Shown here: in pieces, positions 1-9,468 of the stretch | Layout: each line of letters starts with the position of its first letter | Position numbering within the stretch: position 1 is the first letter of the stretch | Assembly (NCBI GenBank): GCA_038845975.1 | Contig: JAWBQF010000035.1 | Coordinates: forward strand, 1-24,537 | Direction of reading: 5' to 3' | From: Candidatus Methanomethylicia archaeon | GTDB lineage: Archaea; Thermoproteota; Methanomethylicia; CALHIW01 | Length of the DNA: 24,537 nt | Position numbers and translations under genes: made by a program | The notes under the pieces: generated by a model | The model's input: only the letters and a program-made list of their open reading frames with translations | What the model was told of the DNA's origin: nothing | The model's database searches: none

Positions 1-126
1 GAGCTAACAAACATAGCCAAAGAGCTACAATAAAAGCATACATATACAACACAATCATAAACCTATAAACACAAACCTAACACCAAAACAAAGAGCAAAC
101 ACACAACAATAATTAAGCCACAAAGC
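1..126 (+). mobile_element. Right-end remnant of an IS5-family element (transposase C-terminus plus terminal inverted repeat)
   Basis: Reads NIAKEL/IKAYIYNTIINL* across one frameshift, typical of archaeal IS5-family transposase C-termini. Ends in AATTAAGCCACAAAGC (111-126; reverse complement GCTTTGTGGC, IS903-like). A diverged second copy lies at 22780-23052. Confidence 0.7.
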
Positions 127-250
127 TCAATTAGATCTAAAGATTGTTAAGAAGTATTTTCCTGAACTTACTTAAACCGCTTATGCGTAAGCAAAAATAC
201 ACCCTAAGATCTAAAGCTTTTATTTTAACGCTTCTATATAATTCTCGAAA

Positions 251-445
251 TTGAGTGTCGTTGCTCTAGTAACTCACGGAAATCATACAGTTATAGTAAA
301 GAGGTTAGCTGAGGACATCTGGTTATTGGACGATGGTAGTATCGTTTCATTCTTGGACATCTTTATCCATGCTAGTCAAGAAGCTCCTGTGATTAAATCG
401 CTAAAGCTAGTTACACTAGGTAGAATAGGGCATATCGCTGAGTAA
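251..445 (+). CDS. Small hypothetical protein (64 aa)
   Basis: ORF with TTG start about 25 bp after a TTTTATTTT box; no recognisable motif. Confidence 0.35.
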   Translation: MSVVALVTHGNHTVIVKRLAEDIWLLDDGSIVSFLDIFIHASQEAPVIKSLKLVTLGRIGHIAE

Positions 446-499
446 CCTGTTGCTTTGAAAAATTTGCTGAAAACTGGACACATAGTGTAGCGAGCGATC

Positions 500-1720
500 A
501 ATACGATAAGGGTATATATATTCATTCTAAGGTAAGAAATCTTTTATACATGTTTATAGGTGGTTTGGATGCAAATGTTAGTTTGCATAAGAGTAACTTT
601 TTCTTTGAGAGTTTTACAACACCTATTGGAAGGGCTGGAACGATTGTTAACCTCGTCTTTAATCCACCAATAAAGGCTAATGAGACAAGAGAGTTGAAGA
701 TATGCTACTACATACCGAAGTTTGCACAAAAAGAAGATAGCTTATGCTTTACCACAAAGTTCTTTAGATGAGTCTTGTTGGTTAAGTCGGTTTCGTGGTT
801 TAGATGCTTGTTGTGAGTGCGAGGCTTTAGGGAAAGAACGTAGTAGATTATGTTTCTTTGATCGTATCCTGCATAAGAGTAAGTATAGGCTCTATACTAA
901 TGTGGTGGATTTAGAATTAAAACCACATCGCAGTATTTCAAGTAAGACTCTACATTTTTGTAAATTCTCCCCAGCTCTATGTCTTTTTCCAATCCTCTGG
1001 GTGATGATAGAAAGACGTAGGCGTTTCCAGGTAGTATGGTTGCTTTTCCACTCAATTCATCTATTAAATACTGAGGTAATCCGAATATAGCTGGTTCATA
1101 ACCGTGTGTTGCCATTCCTTGAGTTCCTATGTAGTGTCCAAAGAAATGAATGCGGTAGTCGAGGACATGCTGAACCACGTCAGAGTGTGGCGTAGCCTCC
1201 ACCTGTACAGGTCTCCTCTACTCGAAAAGGAGGTTAAGGGGAATTAAACCATGGATCGTGGATTACCTATCTGATGCTCTGTGGTTCTTCAAGCAGATCG
1301 GAAACTGCAATCCGAGCGTTTTCGAGCTACTCGTGATGTATATGAATGAATGTATAGAAATTACTGGGGAGGCATGTTCAAACGCTAGCAATAATATTAG
1401 CAGTAGCGTTGATTACCCCGGTAATGAATGTGTCGATCCTCAGCTTCAGCGTGAAGGTTTTCCCACAACACGTGTTATTGTGATACGTTTCTAGTATCGC
1501 ATGTGGCTTCATGTCAACGAAGATCGCCCTAGGGGAAACAAGAGCACTATTCTACCGGCCCTGTCGGCATTGACCTACCTTTAAGTACGTATGTAGTTGT
1601 AGCCTACGATTTATCTCCTGATAACTATGAGGTTAAGGAATCGACTCCAGGAGTATTAGAGCTGTTTAACAGTATAGCTAACCTACCAGATAGAATTAGC
1701 TTTAAGATCAAGAGAATGGA
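500..1720. other. Mosaic of short gene fragments (550-771 +, 897-1202 -, about 1380-1550 -, about 1590-1727 +)
   Basis: Several protein-like open stretches on alternating strands without convincing starts; about 1130-1570 is visibly more GC-rich than the rest of the window. No family recognised. Confidence 0.3.
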
Positions 1721-1723
1721 GAT

Positions 1724-2239
1724 ATGACGACTACCCTACACGAACAACACAATACTTCAAATCATATACTCAAACATGATCATATAGTTTGGGCTAATAT
1801 TAGATATAGATTATGGTGGCAGGTAATAACTGGTCCTGAAATGCACTATACGATATATCATCTAGACCCAATATACATAGAAGACCACTACCTCCAAGCT
1901 ACAAGCAATTATAGGGGAATAGGTCCATGGCCCCCACTATCATACACTAAAACTATAACCTGAAATACTCCACCACCATACTCTATGTCCTCTGAAAACG
2001 ATCCTAACGATAATACTTCATGGATGAATACCGATGTCTCCCTTACATTCACTATTGGAGGAGGAGTTTATCCAGTATCAGTAACAATAACTCTCTATAG
2101 AGCTGCAGGTGGAAATGGCTATACATCACCTAGAATAAGAGTTATAAACATTTATAACTGGTATAGCAATACATTATACATATGGCCTCATAACTACGAC
2201 TACACATCATATGAAGCATGGCTATCATGGAAACAATAA
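1724..2239 (+). pseudogene. Single interrupted gene (about 171 codons) for a Tyr/Trp/Thr/Asn-rich, probably extracellular beta-rich protein
   Basis: ORFs 1724-1963 and 1985-2239 share a frame and are separated only by one TGA (1961-1963): KTIT*NTPPPYSMSSEND. GGAG lies just before the ATG at 1724. Confidence 0.55.
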
Positions 2240-2415
2240 ACTCCAACAATTTTAAATAGAGTTTATGAGTTAAGCTTATTGAAGATTTAGTATTTAAATA
2301 AATTGTTATGGTTAGCTTAAATCCAAAACTGATTATTACCGGAGTTGAATACTTCTAGAGTTTCCTTCACCAACATGTACTACTACTTTAGGTTTCATTT
2401 TTACCTAGTGGTAAG

Positions 2416-2422
2416 TTTAAAT
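2416..2422 (+). promoter_or_regulatory. Archaeal TATA box for the gene starting at 2444
   Basis: TTTAAAT ending about 22 bp before ATG 2444, the spacing of a leaderless transcript. Confidence 0.5.
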
Positions 2423-2443
2423 TTGGCTGTGGATGTATTTTGT

Positions 2444-3130
2444 ATGGTTGTTGCTGGTAAGATATTTCGTTTAAGGGAGAAGCTGGATTTAAACACGGTA
2501 GCTGCTAAGCTAAAGGATTATCGGAGGGAATCTATTCAACCATTAGATGGGGGTGAAGTAAACCTCATAACTGAAGTTAAAGATATTTCCGTAAGGGGAA
2601 GTGAAATGGAAGCTTTATTCTCTAGGGATGAAGTTGTTGAAATATATCAGAGGGGAAGTATTGTATCACAGGTAAGAACTAGGGAAACTCCGATATTATT
2701 CTCAGAGTTTAAAGGGGAAATCTTACTTACAATACTTGAGAGAAAGCTTCAAGCAAACAATATCGCAAACCAGATAAGTAAGGTTCTCTTCATCACATCA
2801 GGTCAAATAGTTGAAGCTAAAATACTTCCTGAAACTCTAAAAAGCTTTCATGAACAGAATCCTGAAGCAACAAAGGTCATATTCTTTGATGATGTTGATA
2901 TACCGAACATAAATAAGCTAAGCTTATATGGTGAAAGCCTAGCTAACACTATACTATACAATGAGTACTGCTCACATGGAAAAATATGGTATATAGTGTT
3001 TAGAAGTAAGAAATATGGCTACATAGCCGGTATAACTAGAAACGCTATTGTAACAATATTTAACAATATCTCAAAAGATGAATTTCTTAACTACGTAAAA
3101 AACGAAGTATTCCCCCTACTCCATATATAA
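2444..3130 (+). CDS. Conserved hypothetical soluble protein (228 aa; probable start MVVAGKIF at 2444, not 2345)
   Basis: Long clean ORF with globular alpha/beta composition. The 33 codons upstream of 2444 contain the TATA box and read as non-coding. Function not recognised. Confidence 0.8.
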   Translation: MVVAGKIFRLREKLDLNTVAAKLKDYRRESIQPLDGGEVNLITEVKDISVRGSEMEALFSRDEVVEIYQRGSIVSQVRTRETPILFSEFKGEILLTILERKLQANNIANQISKVLFITSGQIVEAKILPETLKSFHEQNPEATKVIFFDDVDIPNINKLSLYGESLANTILYNEYCSHGKIWYIVFRSKKYGYIAGITRNAIVTIFNNISKDEFLNYVKNEVFPLLHI

Positions 3131-3326
3131 ATGTTAGCTTTATTAATTGGAAATTATAGGAATTGATTAACTATTAATAGTATTTCATTACTAATCAAGT
3201 TATCATTAAACTCCTCTTATTGCTTAATAATGATGTTTATTAATAATTATTTAGCTTCTCTTCTAAATGATATTCTTACAGGTCCTACTTTAAACTCTTT
3301 AAGCCTAGATAATTCTAATAATAGAG

Positions 3327-3352
3327 GATATAGCCCCTGTAGGGACTATATC
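3327..3352. repeat. 26-bp imperfect palindrome
   Basis: GATATAGCCCCT-GT-AGGGACTATATC: 12-bp arms with one mismatch. Confidence 0.7.
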
Positions 3353-3475
3353 GCTGACACCTATCAATAATACAATAAATTTATTGAGACTAAGATTCAT
3401 TACTAATAGTTTCAGATAGAATAGAATATATAATCTACCATGTAAACTTATAAGTTTTCGTATTTCATATTATTA

Positions 3476-4165
3476 ATGAGTAGTGTTAAGAAGGCTTTAG
3501 CTGAGCTTTACGATGTTATTGCTCAAAACTATGCATATACTAGACGTCGTTTATGGGCTCCAGTTGATAAGGTTCTTCCAGCAAGTAGAATTCTAGATGT
3601 TGGTTCTGGACCTGGCTTATATGCTGTAAATGTAGCTAGTAGGTTTAGCGTTGATGTTGTATGTATGGATATCTCTACTGGCATGCTTAAAGTTGCTAGG
3701 AGGCATGCTAAAAATAGGAATGTTTACTCATTAATACATCTAGTTATAGCCGATCTGGAATACATTCCATTTAGAAGTTATTGTTTTGATGCTGTTTTAT
3801 GTATAGCTACAATTCACCACTTACCAACACGTAGATCAAGAATTAATGGTTTAAGGGAGATTGCAAGAATTCTTAAGATTAATGGTAAAGCTCTGATAAC
3901 GGCATGGAATATTTTCCAGCCGAGAAATCTATTTAGAGTATTAACTAACATTCCAATATCCATACTTAAAGGTAGGGCTATAGGTGATATATATGTATCA
4001 TGGCATTATAAAGGAGAAATATTGAGAAGATTTTACCATCTATATACGCTTAAGGAGCTTAAAAACGATGCTATTAATGCTGGTTTAAATATTGTTGAAG
4101 ATGGATGCATTAAAGTGAGAGGTAGAATAGCTGAGAACATTTACATACTAGCTAATCGGATTTAG
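3476..4165 (+). CDS. Class I SAM-dependent methyltransferase, Trm9/ALKBH8-like (putative tRNA wobble-uridine carboxymethyl methyltransferase)
   Basis: Motif I ILDVGSGPG, post-I MDIS, ADL..IPF..FDAVL, plus Trm9-like IATIHHL..R, GKALITAW, DIYVSW and RFYHLY. CTTATAAG box at 3447-3454. Confidence 0.85.
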   Translation: MSSVKKALAELYDVIAQNYAYTRRRLWAPVDKVLPASRILDVGSGPGLYAVNVASRFSVDVVCMDISTGMLKVARRHAKNRNVYSLIHLVIADLEYIPFRSYCFDAVLCIATIHHLPTRRSRINGLREIARILKINGKALITAWNIFQPRNLFRVLTNIPISILKGRAIGDIYVSWHYKGEILRRFYHLYTLKELKNDAINAGLNIVEDGCIKVRGRIAENIYILANRI

Positions 4166-4273
4166 CCATAGTAGACTATTTCACTTGAATTATTGTAGTT
4201 AGCATCAGTATGACAAGTAGGAATGCAATTAGAATAATTCCATATAGTGGTAGTCATTTAAACTATACGTAAT

Positions 4274-4301
4274 GTTAAGGAATGATGTTAAATTCCTTAA
4301 C
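4274..4301. repeat. Perfect 10-bp inverted repeat with 8-nt spacer
   Basis: GTTAAGGAAT-GATGTTAA-ATTCCTTAAC, about 110 bp downstream of the methyltransferase. Confidence 0.6.
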
Positions 4302-4914
4302 TCCCAGGTAACCATTCAGAACATAATCTCAATATTAGGGTTTCTGCTTGTTAAGTTCCTTTTAAGCTTAAGGAGGATAAAGATCATTCTAAATAAAGTA
4401 AGTGGATGCTAGATAATTGATGGTAAGCTTTAAAGATGGCTTTAATCAATAGAAATCTATAATTCATAACGGTTATATGATCTTAGCTTTACACACTTCA
4501 TACTTTATAGCTTCAAATTCGCCTGTTGAATAATACAGTCTAAGTATTTATCTTAATCCGGGAAAATATTCAAGAGTAATGATCTCCTAAAGCCTTTAAC
4601 TGAGTATTGGTGAAGCATATGTTATCAGAATGAAGCCCTTAAAAGTTTAATCTTCCAATTTTTACGCTCTAAGAAACAAATTATTAAAGCCTGAAGAACA
4701 GATATAAACAGTATTCTTGCTATCACAGGAACTAGTATTTGAGCCTAACGATAGTATTTGAGGAACTACAATCGTTAACTATATTCATAGTATATAGGGT
4801 AGGAGCACTTATACTTAGCATCTTAACATTGTATTCCGATTTGCTGATAAATTTTAGTTAGAAATTTTGTTTAATATTGGTTCATCTTACCCATGAATTA
4901 GATACTTTAGTTGC

Positions 4915-5372
4915 TTAGTTTCCCCCCATCCACTCATTATATTTCCTAAATGTATCAGCTGAAATAGGATTTACAACTTTGATTTCTTTCACTTTTCTTG
5001 CTAATTCTTCATCAATACTATATATAATAGGTGCTCTATGAGCTTTCGCTAGATAAACTATGCACTCATCCCAAGATTCTATCCCGCAAACTAAAGCATA
5101 TGTTAAAGCTTCTAAAGCCGCATTTATGCTTACATCTTCATAGAAAGCAGGAGATCTTGTTTCTAATGTCTTAGTTAAAGCTTTACAAGCTAAAACATTA
5201 TTTACACCTAAATATTCAGTCATAATATGATATGCTCCTATAATAGTTGAACAGGTATTAAAATTTTCCTCCTCCATACTAAAGCTTCACTTAGAAAGTT
5301 AAATGCTTCATCTCCAGCTAGATTTTTAAAGTGGGCTATAACCACTACTCCTACATCAACTACTCCCTCAAT
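4915..5372 (-). pseudogene. PIN-domain (VapC-like) toxin, frameshifted
   Basis: IEGVVDVGVVVIAH...KILIPV (ORF 5238-5459) joins STIIGAYHIM...IESWD...IYSIDEEL...VVNP (ORF 4915-5277) if one T is restored near 5250. PIN acidic motifs VVD, SWD and SID are present. Confidence 0.8.
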
Positions 5373-5376
5373 AGGC

Positions 5377-5640
5377 CTATTTTTTGAAACAATATCTCTT
5401 TGAAAACCATTTCGAATCACTCTCACAAGACTTATTAATAAATGCTTCAGGCTCCTCATATGCTAAGTACTTAGAGAGCTCCTTAATCTTCTTCTCCAAA
5501 TTTAAATCTCGTACTCTAAGAACTATCTCATCTCCCCTAACTATAAGGTCTAAAGTTGTATTTGGCGATAACTCAAGCTTTTTTCTAACTTCCTTAGGTA
5601 TAAGTACTCTTCCGTATTTATCAATAGTTACCGTTACCAA
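5377..5640 (-). CDS. AbrB/MazE/SpoVT-family DNA-binding antitoxin (VapB-like)
   Basis: VTIDKYGRVLIPKEVRKKLEL...LDLIVRGDEIVL is the swapped-hairpin motif. Probable TTG start at 5640 after GGTGA; lies directly upstream of the PIN gene. Confidence 0.85.
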   Translation of the reverse strand: MVTVTIDKYGRVLIPKEVRKKLELSPNTTLDLIVRGDEIVLRVRDLNLEKKIKELSKYLAYEEPEAFINKSCESDSKWFSKRYCFKK

Positions 5641-6065
5641 AATTTTCACCAATTGGAAATTATATTGGCAAATCCAATAAACTTTACTCTTTAAATGGAC
5701 TGCAACTAATATGTTAGTATTAGAGTCTAGTAGGAATCTTGGTTTCGAGGGGAAGTAATATTCCATTAGAGTTTAAGATTCCAATATAGTATTCTACATT
5801 CAGTCTAGTTTGAAAAGGGTTTCTAGGTGCTGTAAGTTTTCATTGATAGTTCATCATGAGCATAGTAGCGATTATGTTTTTATAGTTTAAAGATTATGGA
5901 ATCATAAAGAATATTAAAAAAGCCATCAAATAATTTTCTTAATATCAGTTCAAAACAATCTGATTGGCTAATAGAGCTCGATGAAGGCTAAATTTCATAA
6001 ATGTTTTAAATTGTTTAAACTTAATAAGCAATGAATTCATATACTACTTTGTAATTTACAAGTTT

Positions 6066-7556
6066 ATGGACGAATCGAGAAGAATCCAGTTTGGTAAGGG
6101 TTTTCTAGAGATTGTAGATAAGATTCCTACAATAGAAGAGGTATTTAAGATTCATAGAATAGATATGAAAAACCTAATTTTCAAGATTCTAGGACCAAGT
6201 ATTATTGCTCTTGGTGTTGCTATAGGTGGTGGTGAATGGCTTCTCGGACCTGCAAGTGCTGTTAGGTATGGTTTAGGGATTTTCTGGATAGTTTTAGCTT
6301 CCGCTCTACTACAGACGATATATAATATTAGTCTCACTAGAATAATAATGTTTACAGGGGAAACTCCTATAGTTTATCTTAAAAGAGTTCCTCCGGGACC
6401 CTGGTTCTGGAATATCTTCATCCCAGTCACGATCATAATATGGGGTTCATGGGGGCTAGCTGGAATTGCTGGATCATGTGGTACGGCACTAGGATCCCTA
6501 ATTTTAGGTAAGTTACCTACGGCTCAGGAAGCAGACTTAGTTAGATTATTAACGATAGTAATTATGTTGATATGCGCATTCATCGTTACGATCGGGTCTA
6601 AAATAGAGAGAACATTAGAGATTGCTAACTGGTTCTTTGCATTCATCATAATCTTTATCTTACTATTTATTGTTACTCCATTTACAGTAAAACCTAGCAT
6701 AGCTCTTGAAGCTCTAGCCGGAACCTTTAGATTCGGATATATACCTCCAGGAGCTGATATGAGTCTATTAGCTGCATGGTGGGCTTACACAGCTTTAGCT
6801 GCAGGTTTAAACTTCATGTTTATGAATTGGTATAGAGATAAAGGATATGGAATGGGGGCTGTAGTAGGCTATATACCTGCAATAATTGGAGGTAGAAAAA
6901 TACCTGTTTCACCGGTAGGCAAAACCTTTACTCTAAATAGTGATAACATCTCTATATTCAGGAAGTGGATGAGAATTCTAAAATATGATCAATGGATTAT
7001 ATTCTTTACTGGAGCTATGCTAGGTATGTATCTACCAGCTCTTATAGCCAGCTCTATCCTACCTAGAGGTCAAAGTCTACCAGCATGGGGGGTTGCAGCC
7101 CACATCGCAAATGAATATGCAGGAATAGTTGGCCCATGGGGATACTATTTAATCAGCCTAATAGGTTTAACAGTTCTATTCAGTTCAGCTCTTGGAGCAT
7201 ATGTTGATGCAGTACCAAGAAACCTAACAGATACTCTTTGGGGCTTGGAAAGTATTAGAAGATGGTCTGGAAACGATATTAGGAAAGTATACTATACAAT
7301 TTTAATAGTATACATATTATTTAGTATATATGCCTTATACCAAACACAACCATTAATTCTAGTAACAATAGCTGCCAATATCGCTAACTTCATAGGACTA
7401 TTCATAATACCCGCAGTAATATACCTAAACACAAAACTTCCAGAACAGATAAAACCTGGAATATGGGAGAACATAGCCCTAATAGTATTCTTATTACTTT
7501 CAGCCTTCTTCTTCATAAATGCTATATTAAGTCTAATAGGAGTAAAAATACTATAA
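6066..7556 (+). CDS. Nramp-family-like (APC/LeuT-fold) membrane transporter
   Basis: 496 aa with about 11 hydrophobic segments; N-terminal GPSIIALGVAIGGGEWLLGP motif and WYRDKGYGMG loop typical of the Nramp-related group. The canonical MntH DPGN motif is absent, so substrate is uncertain. Confidence 0.8.
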   Translation: MDESRRIQFGKGFLEIVDKIPTIEEVFKIHRIDMKNLIFKILGPSIIALGVAIGGGEWLLGPASAVRYGLGIFWIVLASALLQTIYNISLTRIIMFTGETPIVYLKRVPPGPWFWNIFIPVTIIIWGSWGLAGIAGSCGTALGSLILGKLPTAQEADLVRLLTIVIMLICAFIVTIGSKIERTLEIANWFFAFIIIFILLFIVTPFTVKPSIALEALAGTFRFGYIPPGADMSLLAAWWAYTALAAGLNFMFMNWYRDKGYGMGAVVGYIPAIIGGRKIPVSPVGKTFTLNSDNISIFRKWMRILKYDQWIIFFTGAMLGMYLPALIASSILPRGQSLPAWGVAAHIANEYAGIVGPWGYYLISLIGLTVLFSSALGAYVDAVPRNLTDTLWGLESIRRWSGNDIRKVYYTILIVYILFSIYALYQTQPLILVTIAANIANFIGLFIIPAVIYLNTKLPEQIKPGIWENIALIVFLLLSAFFFINAILSLIGVKIL

Positions 7557-7920
7557 TGATGCTCTACCCTACTTACTGTAATTATACATGTCCTCAATAA
7601 AAACTCTATATCCTAATCAGCAAATAAACTCATCTAATTATCTCTTTATATAACTTACAAACTTAAGTCTTCAATTATATATCTCAATCTATAGATTCTA
7701 GCCTAACTACATAAAGAATTAAGAATTTATTTAGCTGTTAAGAGCTTCAATAGCTTCAGGAGCATAGATACCGAAGCTTCCTGAAAGAATTATTATCCTA
7801 CATTTTTCCACTTTAACACCGTTACTCTTCAAGATATTTCCTAATCAAGTAATGCTAGCAGGTAATTATTATTTTATAGTAATGATTGTACCCTCACTTA
7901 TCTCGGAGGATTCAGGAATA

Positions 7921-9069
7921 TTACTTAACAGTTTTATGTTTTCGTACTTTAGTCTTCAGTGTTTTATATCCTAGGTATCCTACCCCTCCTACTAGAGCTA
8001 TTGGTATTATGGCTAGGGCTCCTGAAACTATTAGGCTTATAACTATTATCATAGCATTTATTCCTGACTGTATTGTAGATATGAAGTCAATACCCATCTC
8101 TACAGTTTTAGGTTTAACTATCCTTATAGTTATTGTAGATTTATCTATGCTGCTTTCTACTACTCCAAGCTTACGATCAGTTATTTTTGCTTCAATCATC
8201 TCTTCAATTTTCTGTACGTCTTCAGTTTTAACTTCTACTACTAGGTATGCACTACTTCCCCCACTCCAAGACTCCATTATCCTCCCTATAACTCCTATCT
8301 TAATTATTAAATTATTAAACTCCTCCTGGACATTTGATGTTTCACATGATAGATCGACTCTATATACTCTATATCTTACTGTTAACTCAATAGTTATGGC
8401 TGCATACTCAACTCTCCCTATTAAGCCTTTAAGCTGAGCATCCATTCTCTCTATATCAGCTCTAACCCTTGTAAGCTGATCCTCTATCTTTAAAACATCA
8501 TCTACAGTAACTGCTCTATTCAAGAGCTGTAGGAGTCTAGATTCTAAAGCTCTTGAAGCATTAAGTCTACTTCTTAAATCAATAACTTGCTCAGTAACAT
8601 CTTGTGTTGAAATACTTACACTCTCTACCTTCCCTATCTGCTGTACTGCAAGCATAGCCTCTTCAAATCTACTACTTGGAATACGTAGCTCAACAGTTGC
8701 TCCCCCCTCATACCCCTTACTATTATGAACATATCCGTCAAAACCTAATGCTAAATTAATAAGCTGCTGATATGCTAAGGTAATATTTGAAACTGTAAGC
8801 TTAACATATCCTGTCTTCACAATCATCTTATCCTCTACTACAGGTGAAATAGATACTACACTCTTATCTATAGTTAAAGTAGCTGTTGGAAGGGCCGGTA
8901 TAGTAGGAGCAGGGTATCGAACAGCCTCCGGAGAAGGAGCTAATACTTCCTGTAATCCACCTGAATAAATACTTCTACCTAAAGCCCCAGTAACACTAGG
9001 CCAATTCACCCCTATACCAACTATTAACGAAGATACTAATATTAAAATAATGATTAATATTTTATTCAT
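7921..9069 (-). CDS. DUF4349 domain membrane-anchored protein
   Basis: N-terminal signal/TM helix, MIVKTGYVKLTV, LRIPSSRF, QDVTEQVIDLRSRL, coiled coil, RVEYAAITIEL, then C-terminal TM helix and basic tail. Confidence 0.85.
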   Translation of the reverse strand: MNKILIIILILVSSLIVGIGVNWPSVTGALGRSIYSGGLQEVLAPSPEAVRYPAPTIPALPTATLTIDKSVVSISPVVEDKMIVKTGYVKLTVSNITLAYQQLINLALGFDGYVHNSKGYEGGATVELRIPSSRFEEAMLAVQQIGKVESVSISTQDVTEQVIDLRSRLNASRALESRLLQLLNRAVTVDDVLKIEDQLTRVRADIERMDAQLKGLIGRVEYAAITIELTVRYRVYRVDLSCETSNVQEEFNNLIIKIGVIGRIMESWSGGSSAYLVVEVKTEDVQKIEEMIEAKITDRKLGVVESSIDKSTITIRIVKPKTVEMGIDFISTIQSGINAMIIVISLIVSGALAIIPIALVGGVGYLGYKTLKTKVRKHKTVK

Positions 9070-9434
9070 AACCTACTAGATTAATACCCCTATATATCCC
9101 CTCCTCACTACCAGTACGTACCGTAGATGCATTAATTATTTAAGTTCACCATAAACTAGTTAATTAAAGTTAAGCTATTTAGATATATTGTAAGCTATGA
9201 TTATGCAGAATCATACCTAGAGTTTTGAAGTAAGTTCTTCCTATAAATCATGTAGAATATCTTAAAGCTAAACATGTCTTAATGTATATATGCTCCTAAG
9301 ATTTTAGGGTATCTGTTAATTATTACTAATAATCTAAAATGGAGAATTAAATTATGAATAAAATGAAGATCCAGCAGGAAATGTGATAAAATAATACATC
9401 ATCTAAAGTTGAATAAAGCTTTACGTTTTTACAG

Positions 9435-9464
9435 TTTTAAAAACTACTGGTACTACTACCAGTA
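9435..9464 (+). promoter_or_regulatory. TATA box followed by an operator-like inverted repeat upstream of the ATPase gene
   Basis: TTTTAAAAA (9435-9443), then TACTGGTA-CTAC-TACCAGTA (9445-9464), then GTG at 9469. Confidence 0.6.
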
Positions 9465-9468
9465 ACTG

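Noticed and set aside
722-1090. Cys-containing plus-strand ORF as another toxin cassette
   Set aside because: Cys spacing does not match, there is no GP-stop junction or following membrane gene, and it overlaps a more protein-like minus-strand frame.
7755-7785. Imperfect inverted repeat TTCAGGAGC...GCTTCCTGAA between convergent genes as a terminator
   Set aside because: Bulged stem, long loop, far from both stops; archaeal termination mostly uses T-tracts.
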